A stretch of 62,035 nt of DNA, the filler included. It is 4 parts of 4 records of this genome, joined end to end, with 100 filler letters (N's around TTAATTAATTAA, not from the genome) between each part and the next. Parts side by side here need not be neighbours in the genome. Positions count along the whole stretch, not along the records: positions 1 to 25,366 come from SRR2962707_4805; 3 more parts are not named here. The stretch is one strand, 5' to 3'. Positions within the stretch are counted from its first letter, which is position 1. Each line of letters starts with the position of its first letter. Position numbers and translations under genes: made by a program. The notes below the pieces were generated by a model, which saw nothing but the letters and a program-made list of their open reading frames with translations, did not search any database and was not told the origin of the DNA. This document shows positions 1 through 10,511 of the stretch, in pieces.

Positions 1-243
1 GTTGAAGCCGAGATCGTCGGCGAGGATCACGACGATGTTCGGTGGGCGCTGCCCGCCGGTCGCGCTCGCCGTCTCCGGCCCCTTCTCCCACACGATCTCG
101 CGGTTCGGCGCAACGGGTGTTGCGTCCCGCGCGCGGGTGGCGACGGCATAGAGAATAAGATCCTTGCGGAATGCATAGGCCGCTCCCGCCACCGTCACGA
201 GAACCATGACGGCTGCCAGCGACCAGATCTGCCACTTTTTCAT
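1..243 (-). CDS. Sulfatase (formylglycine-dependent arylsulfatase family), N-terminal part; runs off the window
   Basis: Manual translation MKKWQIWSLAAVMVLVTVAGAAYAFR...RPPNIVVILADDLGFN. PNIVVILADDLG is the sulfatase N-terminal signature; purine-rich RBS upstream. Not in the ORF track because it is partial. Confidence 0.85.
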   Translation of the reverse strand, partial: MKKWQIWSLAAVMVLVTVAGAAYAFRKDLILYAVATRARDATPVAPNREIVWEKGPETASATGGQRPPNIVVILADDLGFN

Positions 244-485
244 CTGCCCTCTCCCCTTTTCAAACTATTGGCATCATTAATGGCATAATTTTTTGGACCG
301 ATAAAGCGCGGCCGACGCAGCGGCAGGGAGGCCAAGGGCAGAAAGGCGCAACCGGCTGTTCGCAGGTGAACGGCTTTCCCGCCTCTCCCAAGTTCCGTAA
401 CGGCACCGATGAGGCTATCTTCACCGGCAGGAAAAGGCCGCCTCGTCCGGCAGGCCGCATGAACAGGCATTTGGGAGACGTCCGC

Positions 486-1463
486 ATGAAGACGCGCATC
501 ACGGAACTTTTCGGCATTCAGCATCCGATTATTCAGGGCGGCATGCACTTCGTCGGCCTCGCCGAAATGGCGGCGGCCGTGTCGAATGCGGGAGGTCTCG
601 GCATTATCACCGGCTTGACTCAGCCGACGCCGGAAGCGCTCGCGAAGGAAATCGCGAAGTGCAACGACATGACCGACAAGCCCATCGGCGTGAACCTCAC
701 CTTCCTGCCCGGCTTCGCCAATCCGCCTTACCCCGAATACATCCAGGCGATCATCGAAGGCGGCGTGAAGATCGTGGAGACCGCTGGCCGCAGCCCGGAA
801 GCCTACATGCCGCCGATGAAGGAAGCGGGCATAAAGGTCATCCACAAATGCACCTCCGTCCGCCACTCGCTGAAAGCCGAGCGCATCGGCTGCGACGCGG
901 TCAGCGTCGACGGCTTCGAATGCGGCGGCCATCCCGGCGAAGACGACATCCCGAACATGATCCTGCTGCCGCGCGCGGCCGAAGAACTGAAAATCCCCTT
1001 CGTCGCCTCCGGCGGCATGGGCACCGCCTCGCAGCTCGTCGCCGCGTTGGCGCTCGGCGCCGACGGCATCAACATGGGCACGCGCTTCATCGCGACGAAA
1101 GAAGCGCCCGTCCATGAAAACGTGAAAAAGGCGCTCATCGCGGCGAGCGAACTCGACACCCGCCTCATCATGCGCCCGCTCCGCAACACAGAGCGCGTGC
1201 TGGCGAACCCGGCGGTCGAAAAGATCGTCGAGATCGAGCGCGAAAAAGGCGCGAGCCTCGGCATCGAAGATATTCGCGAACTCGTCGGCGGCGTTTATCC
1301 GCGCGTCATGCAGGAAGGCGACATGGATGCCGGCGCCTGGAGCTGCGGCATGGTCGCCGGCCTCATCCACGACGTGCCGACCTGCAAGGAGCTGATCGAC
1401 CGCCTGATGTCGGAAGCCGAAACCATCATCCGCAAGCGTCTCGAAGGCCTCCTCGCGGCCTGA
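486..1463 (+). CDS. Nitronate monooxygenase / FabK-like FMN oxidoreductase
   Basis: HPIIQGGM, VSNAGGLG, DGFECGGH, ASGG and GTRF motifs; start moved to ATG 486 behind GGAGA. Confidence 0.9.
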   Translation: MKTRITELFGIQHPIIQGGMHFVGLAEMAAAVSNAGGLGIITGLTQPTPEALAKEIAKCNDMTDKPIGVNLTFLPGFANPPYPEYIQAIIEGGVKIVETAGRSPEAYMPPMKEAGIKVIHKCTSVRHSLKAERIGCDAVSVDGFECGGHPGEDDIPNMILLPRAAEELKIPFVASGGMGTASQLVAALALGADGINMGTRFIATKEAPVHENVKKALIAASELDTRLIMRPLRNTERVLANPAVEKIVEIEREKGASLGIEDIRELVGGVYPRVMQEGDMDAGAWSCGMVAGLIHDVPTCKELIDRLMSEAETIIRKRLEGLLAA

Positions 1464-1484
1464 TATCGAACGCCTGATCCAATA

Positions 1485-1510
1485 AAGGGGCGGCTCCCGG
1501 GCCGCCCCTT
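1485..1510. terminator. Hairpin between convergent genes, probable bidirectional terminator
   Basis: AAGGGGCGGC-tcccgg-GCCGCCCCTT, perfect 10-bp stem. Confidence 0.7.
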
Positions 1511-1538
1511 CCGCGTTCGGTATAACATCCGCTTCGCG

Positions 1539-3221
1539 TCAGGCCATTTTCGCGACCTCGAGTTTCAGTTCCTCGATCATCGCGTCGCGGATCTGGAACT
1601 TCTGCACCTTGCCCGTTACCGTCATCGGAAACTCGCCGACGAAGCGCACATAGCGCGGCACTTTGTAGTGCGCGATCTGCCCCTTGCAGAAGGCCTTGAT
1701 CTCGTCTTCGCTCGCGCTCTCGCCGGGCTTCAGCTTCACCCAGGCACAGATTTCCTCGCCGTATTTTTCGTCCGGCACGCCGACGACCGCGACATCCTCT
1801 ACCTTCGGAAGCCGGTAGAGATATTCCTCGATCTCGCGCGGATAGACGTTCTCGCCGCCGCGGATCACCATGTCTTTCAACCGGCCGACAATGTTGCCAT
1901 AGCCTTCCGCGTCGATCACCGCGAGATCGCCGGTATGCATCCAGCCGTCCGCGTCGATGGCCTCCGCTGTTTTCTCCTCATCGTCCCAATAACCGATCAT
2001 CACGGAATAGCCCCGCGTGCAAAGCTCGCCCGGCGTGCCGCTCGGCACCGTCTTGCCGTCGAGGTCCACCACCTTGCATTCGAGATGCGGCTGCACCCGC
2101 CCGATGGTCGAGACGCGCCGCTCCAGAGGATCGTCCTCGCCGGTCTGGAAACTCACCGGGCTTGTCTCCGTCATGCCGTAGGCGATGGTGACGTCCTTCA
2201 TGTTCATGTCGGAAATCACCCGCTTCATCACTTCGACAGGGCAGGGCGAACCCGCCATGCAGCCAGTGCGTAGCGACGAAAGATCAAACTTCGCGAAATC
2301 GGGATGCCCGAGTTCCGCGATGAACATGGTCGGCACACCGTAAAGCCCCGTGCAGCGCTCGCTCTCCACCGCCTGCAATACAGCGAGCGGTTCGAATGCT
2401 TCGGCCGGATAAACCATCGTCGCGCCATGCGTCAGGCAGCCGAGATTACCCATCACCATGCCGAAGCAGTGATAAAGCGGCACCGGAATGCAGAGCCGGT
2501 CGCCTTCCTTGAGGCCGATGCTCCGCCCGACGAAGAAACCATTGTTGAGAATGTTGAAGTGGGAAAGCGTCGCGCCCTTCGGCAGGCCCGTTGTCCCGCT
2601 GGTGAACTGGATGTTGATCGGGTCGCGGGCGTCGAGTTCGCCCGCCGTCCCGGCAATGGCGCGCCGGTCCTCAGTGCTCGCAAGCCCGGCGATCCCGTCG
2701 AAACCAAGCCAGCCTTTTGCAGGTGTGCCGCCGATCTGGATCGCATGTTTCAGATGCGGCAGGCGGGCGGAAGAAATCGCTCCCGCCGCTCGCGCGATCT
2801 CCGGCGCAAGTTCGTTCACCATCGCCACATAGTCGGAAGTCTTGAAGCGCTCCGGCGTGACCAGCGCCTTCACGCCCACCTTGTTCAGCGTGTATTCGAG
2901 TTCGGAAAGCCGGTAGGCCGGGTTGATGTTGACGAGGATGATCCCCGCCTTTGCCGTCGCGAATTGCGTCAGCGTCCATTCCGCGCAATTGGGTGCCCAG
3001 ATGCCGAGCCGGTCGCCGCGCCGGAGCCCGAGGGAAAAAAGACCGGCGGCCAGCGCCTCCGCCTTCTCGTTGATCTCGGCAAAGGTCCAGCGGATGTTTT
3101 GGTGGACGGAAACAAGCGCCTCGCCATCCGGCCATCGCTCCGCCGCCGCGGTAAGCGCCGCCCCGATCGTCTCCTCGCGAAGCGGCGGCGTCGCCGCGCC
3201 GCGCACATGAGCGTCCGTCAT
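1539..3221 (-). CDS. AMP-binding acyl-CoA synthetase (fatty acyl-CoA ligase, ACSF2-like)
   Basis: [20 protein letters not shown] and GKVQK motifs; start at MTDAH behind GGGAGG. Confidence 0.92.
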   Translation of the reverse strand: MTDAHVRGAATPPLREETIGAALTAAAERWPDGEALVSVHQNIRWTFAEINEKAEALAAGLFSLGLRRGDRLGIWAPNCAEWTLTQFATAKAGIILVNINPAYRLSELEYTLNKVGVKALVTPERFKTSDYVAMVNELAPEIARAAGAISSARLPHLKHAIQIGGTPAKGWLGFDGIAGLASTEDRRAIAGTAGELDARDPINIQFTSGTTGLPKGATLSHFNILNNGFFVGRSIGLKEGDRLCIPVPLYHCFGMVMGNLGCLTHGATMVYPAEAFEPLAVLQAVESERCTGLYGVPTMFIAELGHPDFAKFDLSSLRTGCMAGSPCPVEVMKRVISDMNMKDVTIAYGMTETSPVSFQTGEDDPLERRVSTIGRVQPHLECKVVDLDGKTVPSGTPGELCTRGYSVMIGYWDDEEKTAEAIDADGWMHTGDLAVIDAEGYGNIVGRLKDMVIRGGENVYPREIEEYLYRLPKVEDVAVVGVPDEKYGEEICAWVKLKPGESASEDEIKAFCKGQIAHYKVPRYVRFVGEFPMTVTGKVQKFQIRDAMIEELKLEVAKMA

Positions 3222-3271
3222 CTGGTCCTCCCTTTTCCCTCCGGCCATTATCGGCCGGAGAGCGGTCGTGC

Positions 3272-4360
3272 TCAATGGGGCAGGAGGTCGAGCGCCCCCG
3301 TATCGGTCACATGGTCCGCGCCGCCGCGCAGCATCTGGAAGAACATGTTGTCGCCGCGTTCCGTCCGCTCGACGATCATCGAGGCGGTAAAGGCCATGTT
3401 GAAGAGCGAGAAGCTGTAAAGCGCGTAGTGCTTCATCATCTCGTCGAAGGAATAACCGACAACGCCCAGTTCCCCGAGCCTGCGGTGATAGGTGCCGAGA
3501 AGCTCCTGTTCGTGCGCCAGCCGCTCCTCGCGGCTCAGCGCGCCGCTCAGAAAATACGAAACATCCGCCATGCAGCAGCCATAGCCGACCGATTGCCAGT
3601 CGACGACGGCGATGGGATAGCCGCCTTCCGCCGTGCCGAACATCATGTTGTCCGGCCGATAGTCGTTATGCGTCAGGCATTTCGGCCCGTCATAGCCGTC
3701 CTTGAAGAATTCATAGTTCCGCGTGATCGCCTCGCCGATTTCGACGCAGTCGGCCGGAATGCGGTCGCCATAGCGCTCGCGGAAGCCCTGCCAGAGTACT
3801 CTGATGAGATCGGGCTGCGTCCGCTTCGGCGCGGCTTTCGTCTCGAACAGCCATTCGACATTGTCCAGCGCATTGTCGTTCCAGTGCGAGGCATGAAACT
3901 TCGCCGCCTCTTCCAGTACCAGCGCCGCTTCCGCTACCGTCGTGCCGCGCATCTGGTCGCCGGGCACCGCGGGCGCAAGGTCTTCCATGATGAGCACGAA
4001 GTCGCTTGTGGCCGGGTCGACATCGGCATGAAGGCAGACGGGCGTCGTCAGCCCCGCGCTGTCCGCGATTTCGCGGTAAAAGTTCACCTCGCGGACGTAA
4101 TTGCCGAAATCGACGCCCGTTGCGCGGCTCACGGGATCGGACGAGGGAAACTTGCCGACAACGGTCGCAGGCGCGCCCTTCGCATCGCCGCTGTAACGGA
4201 GCTGAAATCTCACGCTCTCGCCGACTTGCCCCGTGCCCACGCGCTTGCCGGAAATTTCCGCCACGGTCGCGTCGTGTCCCCCCCGGCGCAGCGCTGCCGT
4301 CATCCAGTCGGGCGTGATTTCCGTCCAGCCGATGATCGGCAGGTGGAGCGTCTCTCCCAT
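3272..4360 (-). CDS. Phosphotransferase (APH/choline-kinase/EcKL-like)
   Basis: HNDYRPDN catalytic loop and VVDWQ metal-binding motif. Confidence 0.85.
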   Translation of the reverse strand: MGETLHLPIIGWTEITPDWMTAALRRGGHDATVAEISGKRVGTGQVGESVRFQLRYSGDAKGAPATVVGKFPSSDPVSRATGVDFGNYVREVNFYREIADSAGLTTPVCLHADVDPATSDFVLIMEDLAPAVPGDQMRGTTVAEAALVLEEAAKFHASHWNDNALDNVEWLFETKAAPKRTQPDLIRVLWQGFRERYGDRIPADCVEIGEAITRNYEFFKDGYDGPKCLTHNDYRPDNMMFGTAEGGYPIAVVDWQSVGYGCCMADVSYFLSGALSREERLAHEQELLGTYHRRLGELGVVGYSFDEMMKHYALYSFSLFNMAFTASMIVERTERGDNMFFQMLRGGADHVTDTGALDLLPH

Positions 4361-4389
4361 TGTCTCCTCCTCGTTCTTCGCTCCCGGTC

Positions 4390-4761
4390 TCAGCCGGGTA
4401 TTTTCGTCACTTCATGTACATAGACTTCGTTGAGCGCGATCCGGTCGCCCTCCAGCACCACGAGATCGAAGCCGCGCATCAGGCTCTTCGTTCCGTCCGC
4501 CGCCGAAATCGTGCAATACCAGCGCCCGCAAAATCCGTTCGCCGTCTTCCACGTCTCATGCGGCGCGTAACGCATCGGCGGCGTATTGTCGAAAAGCTGT
4601 TTGAGGTAGTCGTCCAGCGCCTTCTCGCCCGTCAGCCCGTCCGGCACCTGCGGATCGCGATAGACGGTGTCCGCCGAATAGAACTTCAAAAGTCCCGGAA
4701 CGTCCTTCTCCGTCCACTTCGCGAGCCAGCGCGCGTTGAAGTCCTCGATGTCGACGCTCAT
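4390..4761 (-). CDS. NTF2/SnoaL-like family protein
   Basis: 123 aa MSVDIEDFNARWLAKW...YRDP...GFDLVVLEGDRI; start overlaps the upstream stop (ATGA). Confidence 0.8.
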   Translation of the reverse strand: MSVDIEDFNARWLAKWTEKDVPGLLKFYSADTVYRDPQVPDGLTGEKALDDYLKQLFDNTPPMRYAPHETWKTANGFCGRWYCTISAADGTKSLMRGFDLVVLEGDRIALNEVYVHEVTKIPG

Positions 4762-6014
4762 TGGCTCTCTCCCGTTTCCGTTTCCTCCAGCACGAAGGCG
4801 CGCCGCTCGGCGGTAAACATTTCCGGCGGCAGCGTCTCCGGCCCCGCCATCACGGCAAAAACATGCCCGGCCAAAGAGGGGTCCGCCGCCGACCGCTCGA
4901 AATGCCGCCGCCGCCGGTCGCGCGCGGCGTCGCTGAATTCCGCATCGAGCGCGGATTGTATCTTCGCGGCAAAGCGAAGCCGCCGCATGCGCTCCGCGCG
5001 CTCTTCGGCATAGGGTGCGAGGAGGGCAGGGCCCCAATCGCCCGATCCCTTCAGCAGTTCCGTGACGATGCGCACATCGCGATAGGTGATCGAAAGCCCG
5101 AGCCCGATGATCGGGTCGTTCCAGCCCGCCGCATCGCCGACAAGCACCACACCTTCCGCGAAGGGCTCGTCCGTCCATGCATCATTGTTGAAATAGCTGA
5201 GCAGCGGCCCCGCGGGCGTCGCCGTCGCAAGCGCCGCGTTTGGCGGCGCGCATTTCATGCGAAACGCGTCAAGAAAAGCGCGCGCGCCGTCTTCGCCGGC
5301 AAAGCGCCGCCGTTCGTCGAGCGAGTAGCTGCCATAGACGCGCACGCGCCCGTCGCCTTGCGGAAAGGCGAGAAAGGCGAAATCGTCTTCCGTTCCGATC
5401 GCCTGCATGCTTGTGTCCCAGCCTTCCGCGCCCTCGACAAGCAGACCGGCGAACATGTGGTGCGGCTTGTCCTGGTGAAGCTCGATGCCGCAGGCGGCCC
5501 GCGTAGCCGACGCGCGTCCGTCCGCGCCGACAATCAGCCGCGCCGTTGCGGTCCGCGTCTCGCCGTCATGCGTGAACTCGACTTCCGGCGCGGCGCCGCC
5601 CGCGATGCGCTTGACGTTTACCCCGCGCCTAACTTCCGCGCCCGCCTGCGCCGCCACGTCGCAAAGCGTCTGGCAGTGTTTTGGATGGCCGATGCAGAGC
5701 GGCCCCGGCACGCCCTCCACGAAAATATCGAGCGGCAGCGCGGTTGCTTCTGCCTCTTCCGGTTCTCGCGTCTCGTCGTAAGTAACGTGGCGCGCAAGAT
5801 GAGGCCCGCCCGCGCCTCTGAGTGTGTCATAAAGGCCGAGCCGCTGCGTCTCCGCGACGCCCCAGGGCGCGATCCATTCGCCGCGCACATGGTCCTCGAA
5901 GACGGTGCTCTTTTCGAGCACCAGCACGCGGCTACCCGCTTTTGCCATGGTTGCGGCCAGCGCGGACCCGCCGATCCCGCCCCCCACGATGATGATGTCG
6001 TAATCCTTCGCCAT
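4758..6014 (-). CDS. FAD-dependent monooxygenase/oxidoreductase (UbiH/PHBH-like)
   Basis: GGGIGG Rossmann motif, IVGADG, VGDAAG...P..GLG. Confidence 0.88.
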   Translation of the reverse strand: MAKDYDIIIVGGGIGGSALAATMAKAGSRVLVLEKSTVFEDHVRGEWIAPWGVAETQRLGLYDTLRGAGGPHLARHVTYDETREPEEAEATALPLDIFVEGVPGPLCIGHPKHCQTLCDVAAQAGAEVRRGVNVKRIAGGAAPEVEFTHDGETRTATARLIVGADGRASATRAACGIELHQDKPHHMFAGLLVEGAEGWDTSMQAIGTEDDFAFLAFPQGDGRVRVYGSYSLDERRRFAGEDGARAFLDAFRMKCAPPNAALATATPAGPLLSYFNNDAWTDEPFAEGVVLVGDAAGWNDPIIGLGLSITYRDVRIVTELLKGSGDWGPALLAPYAEERAERMRRLRFAAKIQSALDAEFSDAARDRRRRHFERSAADPSLAGHVFAVMAGPETLPPEMFTAERRAFVLEETETGESQ

Positions 6015-6260
6015 GCTCGTCCGGCCTCCCTTTCGCGTTTCTTCTTTTGTTGCCCAATGGTGGAAGCCGAACCACCCATCCGCAAGCGCTTCGACATGTC
6101 TGTTACATAATCTGCGCCGTTTCCTGAGGGCTCTCCCGCGCCCGCGACCTCTTTCCGCAGCGTCCCCGCGCCGGGCAGGCTGGGAACCCGCTGTCCTGTT
6201 GGAGAAGCGCATTTGCTTATGATAAGCCCGGATCTGCCGATGCCGGGGAGGTGATGGGCT

Positions 6261-7298
6261 ATGACTGCGGAAATACTAGTCGATCTGCGCGCACTCGCCC
6301 TCTGGATGGATGGTGAGGGGCTGGGCTCCGGCCCGCTCGAAGACGCGACGCTGCTCGGCGGCGGTACGCAAAACATTCTGTTTCGCTTCGTGCGTTCCGG
6401 CCGGACATATGTGCTGCGCCGCCCGCCGCCCCACCTGCGCAAGAACTCCAACGAAACCATGCGTCGCGAGGCGCGCATGCTCGCCGCCATCGCCGATACG
6501 GATGTGCCGCATCCGAGGCTGATCGCCGCCTGCGCGTCGGAGGATGTCATCGGCGCCTCCTTCTATCTGATGGAGCCTATCGATGGCTTCAACCCGACGG
6601 TCGCGCTCCCCCAACTTCACGCTTCCGACCCCGCCATCCGACACCGCATGGGCCTCGCGCTTGTCGAGGGCATCGCCGCGCTCGGCGCGGTCGATTATCT
6701 GGCGGTGGGTCTCGAAGGCTTCGGCAAGCCGGACAATTATCTGGAGCGGCAGGTCGCGCGCTGGCAGGCGCAGCTGGAAAGCTACCGCGAATTCCCGTCA
6801 TGGCCGGGCCCGGAAGGCATACCCGGCGTCGGCAAGGTCGCGACATGGCTCGACGCCAACCGCCCGTCAAATTTTGCGCCCGGCATCATTCACGGCGACT
6901 ACCACCTCGCCAACGTCATGTACCGTCACAACGGCCCGGAACTTGCCGCCATCGTCGATTGGGAACTCACCACCATCGGCGATCCGCTGCTCGATCTCGG
7001 CTGGCTCCTGGCGACCTGGCCGCAAGGCGATGCGCCGCGCGGCGGCGGCGCGGTCGGCGTCCAGCCATGGGATGGCTTTCCGTCTGCGGATGAACTCGTT
7101 GCGCATTACGCTGCACGCACGTCACGCGACATGAGCCACATCGAATGGTACGGCGTTCTCGCCTGCTTCAAGCTCGGCATCATTCTCGAAGGCACCCATG
7201 CCCGCGCCTGCGAGGGCAAGGCGCCGAAGGAAACCGGCGACCAGCTGCACGTCAGCACCGTCGGCCTCTTCGAGCGCGCGCTTCGCTGGATCGGCTGA
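6261..7298 (+). CDS. Phosphotransferase, ACAD10/11 kinase-domain (LvaA)-like
   Basis: GGGTQN, YVLRRPP, HGDYHLAN, DWEL and GDPLLDLG motifs. Confidence 0.88.
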   Translation: MTAEILVDLRALALWMDGEGLGSGPLEDATLLGGGTQNILFRFVRSGRTYVLRRPPPHLRKNSNETMRREARMLAAIADTDVPHPRLIAACASEDVIGASFYLMEPIDGFNPTVALPQLHASDPAIRHRMGLALVEGIAALGAVDYLAVGLEGFGKPDNYLERQVARWQAQLESYREFPSWPGPEGIPGVGKVATWLDANRPSNFAPGIIHGDYHLANVMYRHNGPELAAIVDWELTTIGDPLLDLGWLLATWPQGDAPRGGGAVGVQPWDGFPSADELVAHYAARTSRDMSHIEWYGVLACFKLGIILEGTHARACEGKAPKETGDQLHVSTVGLFERALRWIG

Positions 7299-7324
7299 CC
7301 GAAATAAAACCCGGAGGAAAAGTC

Positions 7325-8062
7325 ATGAACGACACGGATTTCAGCGGCAAGACGGTTCTCGTCGTCGGCGGCTCCAGCGGCATCGGCAACGGCATCGCTC
7401 ACGCGTTCCGGCAGCGCGGCGCGGAGGTCCATGTCTGGGGGACGAGGGCAAGCGCGAAGGACTACGCCGCCGCCGACGGCTCTGACATGGCGGGGCTTCA
7501 CTACGCACAGATGGACATAGCGGACTTCGACGCCATCGAGGCCTACGCGCCGCCCTTCAAGTCGCTCGACGTGCTGGTGCTGAGCCAGGGCACCGTCATC
7601 TACAAGCGCGGCGAGTTTAAAATGGACGGCTTCCAGAAGGTCATGGACGTGAACCTGAACAGCCTCATGGCTTGCGCCATCAAGTTCCACGACATGCTCG
7701 CCGCCGCGAAAGGCGCGCTCATCACGGTCAGCTCCACCGCGGGTTTCCATTCGACGCGCGGTAACCCCGCCTACAACGCGTCGAAAACCGGCGCCGTCGG
7801 TCTCACCCGCACGCTCGGCGAAGCATGGGCAAGCGACGGCATCCGCGTGAACGGCATCGCGCCGGGCCTCGTCGACACCAAGCTAACGAAAGTCACGACC
7901 GACGACCCGAAGCGCCGCGAAATGGCGATCCGCGGCATCCCGGCAGGCCGCCTCGGCACGCCGGACGACATGGCGGGCGCCGCGCTCTTTCTCGCCTCGC
8001 CGCTCTCCGCCTATATTTACGGCCAGACGCTCATCGTCGATGGCGGCCTGATCCTCTCCTGA
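7325..8062 (+). CDS. SDR family oxidoreductase
   Basis: GGSSGIG, YNASK and NGIAPG motifs; GGAGG RBS. Confidence 0.92.
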   Translation: MNDTDFSGKTVLVVGGSSGIGNGIAHAFRQRGAEVHVWGTRASAKDYAAADGSDMAGLHYAQMDIADFDAIEAYAPPFKSLDVLVLSQGTVIYKRGEFKMDGFQKVMDVNLNSLMACAIKFHDMLAAAKGALITVSSTAGFHSTRGNPAYNASKTGAVGLTRTLGEAWASDGIRVNGIAPGLVDTKLTKVTTDDPKRREMAIRGIPAGRLGTPDDMAGAALFLASPLSAYIYGQTLIVDGGLILS

Positions 8063-8068
8063 TTGGCG

Positions 8069-8794
8069 TCAGTCGAGAAAGAAGCGCACCGGCACCATCA
8101 CTTCGAGCGTTGCACCCGAAATCTCCGGCGGCATCGCGGGCAGCGGGTCCGCGCGCTCGACCGTGCCGAGCGTTTCCTCATCGAGGAGCGTATATCCCGA
8201 ACTTCGCTCCAGCACGGATGACAGCACATTGCCTTGCCTGTCGATCCTGAAGCGCACATAGGCTGTGCCTTCCTGCGCGCGCCGCCGCGCCGAGCGCGGA
8301 TATTTCTTGTAGCGTTCGAGATGCGCCAGCAGCGCCTGCTGATAGGTCGGGATGGCGTTTTGCTCCGCCATGCTGGGCGGCGCGTTTACCGGCGCCGTCA
8401 CCGCTTCCGCCTTCGGCGCCTCGACGGCGCGCGGCGCGGTCTCTTCCTTCACCTTCTTCTTTTCCGGTTCGGGCTTCTTTTCAGGCTCCAGTATCGCGTC
8501 GCGCGGCAGCGGCGGCTCGGGAACGGGCACAGGTTCCGGCTCCACCACTTCCTCTTCCTTCGGGCCTTCCGGCACGGCCTTCTCCGGCTCCGGCGGCGCG
8601 CTCACCATCGGCGCAAGGTCGATCGTGATCGCCGCCGTCGTGTCCGGCGCCGCACTCCGGCTGAAATGCGCGAAGACGATGGCGGCCGCAAGCCCGGCAT
8701 GAAGCGCAATGGCGAAGATCGTGCCGCCTCGCCAGGCGGGCGCCTCGTGCATCGTTTCCCCGTTTGCCCCGCCGGAAGAAGGGAGGGTGCTCAT
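8069..8794 (-). CDS. tonB: Energy transducer TonB
   Basis: N-terminal TM helix with His, Pro/Glu-rich linker, C-terminal YPRSARRRAQEG...SSG domain. Confidence 0.92.
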   Translation of the reverse strand: MSTLPSSGGANGETMHEAPAWRGGTIFAIALHAGLAAAIVFAHFSRSAAPDTTAAITIDLAPMVSAPPEPEKAVPEGPKEEEVVEPEPVPVPEPPLPRDAILEPEKKPEPEKKKVKEETAPRAVEAPKAEAVTAPVNAPPSMAEQNAIPTYQQALLAHLERYKKYPRSARRRAQEGTAYVRFRIDRQGNVLSSVLERSSGYTLLDEETLGTVERADPLPAMPPEISGATLEVMVPVRFFLD

Positions 8795-9216
8795 GGGGTT
8801 CCCGGCGATTCGACCCCGACGAGTGCGATTTTGAGATAACCGGCCGCCCGCAACTCGTTCATGACGTCCATGAGACTGCCATACTCTACCGCCTTGTCGG
8901 CGCGCAGGAAAATCCGCTGTTCGCGGTCGCCCTTCGTTTGCGCCTCAAGCGCCGTGCCGAGCTGGCCTTCCGCCACCGGCTTTTCGCCGAGCACGAGGCT
9001 GAGGTCCGATTTCACCGACAGGTAGATCGGCTCCGTCGGGCGCGGCTGCGGTTCTGCGTTGGCCGATGGCAGGTCGACGGGAATGTCGACGGTCGCAAGC
9101 GGCGCCGCGATCATGAACACGATAAGAAGCACGAGGATCACGTCGATGAACGGCGTGACGTTGATTTCGTGCGTTTCGGCGAGCTCGTCGTCGCCGTGGT
9201 CGAGACGGACTGCCAT
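8791..9216 (-). CDS. exbD: Biopolymer transport protein ExbD
   Basis: EINVTPFIDVILVLLIVFM, IFLRADK. Confidence 0.95.
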   Translation of the reverse strand: MAVRLDHGDDELAETHEINVTPFIDVILVLLIVFMIAAPLATVDIPVDLPSANAEPQPRPTEPIYLSVKSDLSLVLGEKPVAEGQLGTALEAQTKGDREQRIFLRADKAVEYGSLMDVMNELRAAGYLKIALVGVESPGTP

Positions 9217-9220
9217 GGGA

Positions 9221-10156
9221 TCAGTCCGCCGCCTTGGCCAGCCGCGGCCGGCGGCCCTGATCGAGGTCGCGGCTGACGATCCGCAGCAGTTCGGCCGAGC
9301 TGTCGGCGACGAGGGCGCGGTAGCCCGCGATCGAACGCGCGAACGAGTTGTAGATCACGACGGCGGGAATGGCGGCGACAAGGCCGAGCCCCGTCGCGAG
9401 CAGCGCTTCCGCGATGCCCGGGGCAACGACGGCAAGGTTCGTCGTCTGCGTATGCGCGATGCCGATAAAGCTGTTCATGATGCCCCAGACCGTGCCGAAC
9501 AAGCCGACGAAGGGCGCGGTCGCGCCGATGGTCGCGAGAACGCCCGTGCCGATGCCGATGGTGCGCGCCGCGTTCGCCTCGATGCGCTGGAAGCGCCATG
9601 CGATGCGTTCCTTCACGCCTTCCTTGTCCGGCGCGTCGCCGGAGGCATTCACTTCCGCGATGGCGGCCTCGGCCAGCTGCGCCGCTGGCCCCTTGATCTT
9701 GCCGAGGCTCGAGCCCGCCTCGTCGAGCGACTTCGCGCCGGCAAGCGCGTTGTAGGCCTGCTTCGCGCGCCGCCGCGCTCCGTTGATTTCCGTCCACTTC
9801 GCAAACCAGATCGTCCATGTGACGACCGACGCGAAAATGAGACCGATCATCACCGCCTTCACGACGATGTCGGCCTGCATGAACATGCCCCAAGGCGAGA
9901 GGTCGGTCGGAAGCATCATCTCGGCTTGGCCTGCGCCCTCTTCAACAAGTCCCTCTTCAGTCAGAAGAACGCCGTCCCCGACGGTGCCGATGGTGTCTCC
10001 GCCCTCGACTTCCGCGGGCGCTTCGAGCGCCGTCCCGTCCGTTGCGGGTGCATCCTGCGCCTGCAGGGGCGCTGCGAGCAGGAGGCCGATAAGGGCCGCA
10101 CCGGCAAGTTTGAGGAGCCGGGGCATGAACCGGCCGAACGCCATATCGAAAATCAT
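9221..10156 (-). CDS. exbB: TonB-system energizer ExbB (start could be 10126)
   Basis: LATIGATAPFVGLFGTVWGIM, APGIAEALLAT. Confidence 0.93.
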   Translation of the reverse strand: MIFDMAFGRFMPRLLKLAGAALIGLLLAAPLQAQDAPATDGTALEAPAEVEGGDTIGTVGDGVLLTEEGLVEEGAGQAEMMLPTDLSPWGMFMQADIVVKAVMIGLIFASVVTWTIWFAKWTEINGARRRAKQAYNALAGAKSLDEAGSSLGKIKGPAAQLAEAAIAEVNASGDAPDKEGVKERIAWRFQRIEANAARTIGIGTGVLATIGATAPFVGLFGTVWGIMNSFIGIAHTQTTNLAVVAPGIAEALLATGLGLVAAIPAVVIYNSFARSIAGYRALVADSSAELLRIVSRDLDQGRRPRLAKAAD

Positions 10157-10283
10157 CTCGTCACCATTTCACTATGGGCGCCGTTGGCATTCCACGGCGT
10201 TCCGCACCGCCGCCGCAACGCAAAACAGGCGCCGGCACGCGGAGAAAATCTGCTCCCCTCGTATCGGGCTCATAGGCCACATC

Positions 10284-10487
10284 TGCGAGTAATTATCAAT
10301 CACCGGATGAGGCCGAGGCAGGGCTTTTCCGAACGTAGTCGATAATGAGTTGCAATATCAATGCATATGCGATCCTGCATCACGGCAGGGATAGTGGCGC
10401 AATTGCCACAAATGCGAATCATTAGCAACAAGATGGCCCAGATTCGGTAGCTACCCGGCAAAAAGGTTCTTAAGAACCATTTGCAAT
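10284..10487. promoter_or_regulatory. Cluster of Fur/iron boxes in the divergent exbB-receptor promoter
   Basis: GATAATGAGTTGCAATATC (10341-10359; 14/19 to GATAATGATAATCATTATC), AATGCGAATCATTAGCA (10411-10427), TGCGAGTAATTATCAAT (10284-10300), and weaker AAGAACCATTTGCAAT (10472-10487). Confidence 0.7.
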
Positions 10488-10511
10488 CTATGGTTAGGGG
10501 ATTCTCAGATA

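Noticed and set aside
268-296. TGGCAT repeats upstream of the sulfatase read as a sigma-54 promoter
   Set aside because: The required -12 TTGC is absent (ATGG/TTTG instead)
4390-5178. 262-aa version of the NTF2 ORF, and similar 5' extensions (366, 6212, 7145, 17302, 29096, 34514)
   Set aside because: The extensions overlap neighbouring genes or promoters and are low-complexity; downstream starts fit the domain boundaries, usually with an RBS
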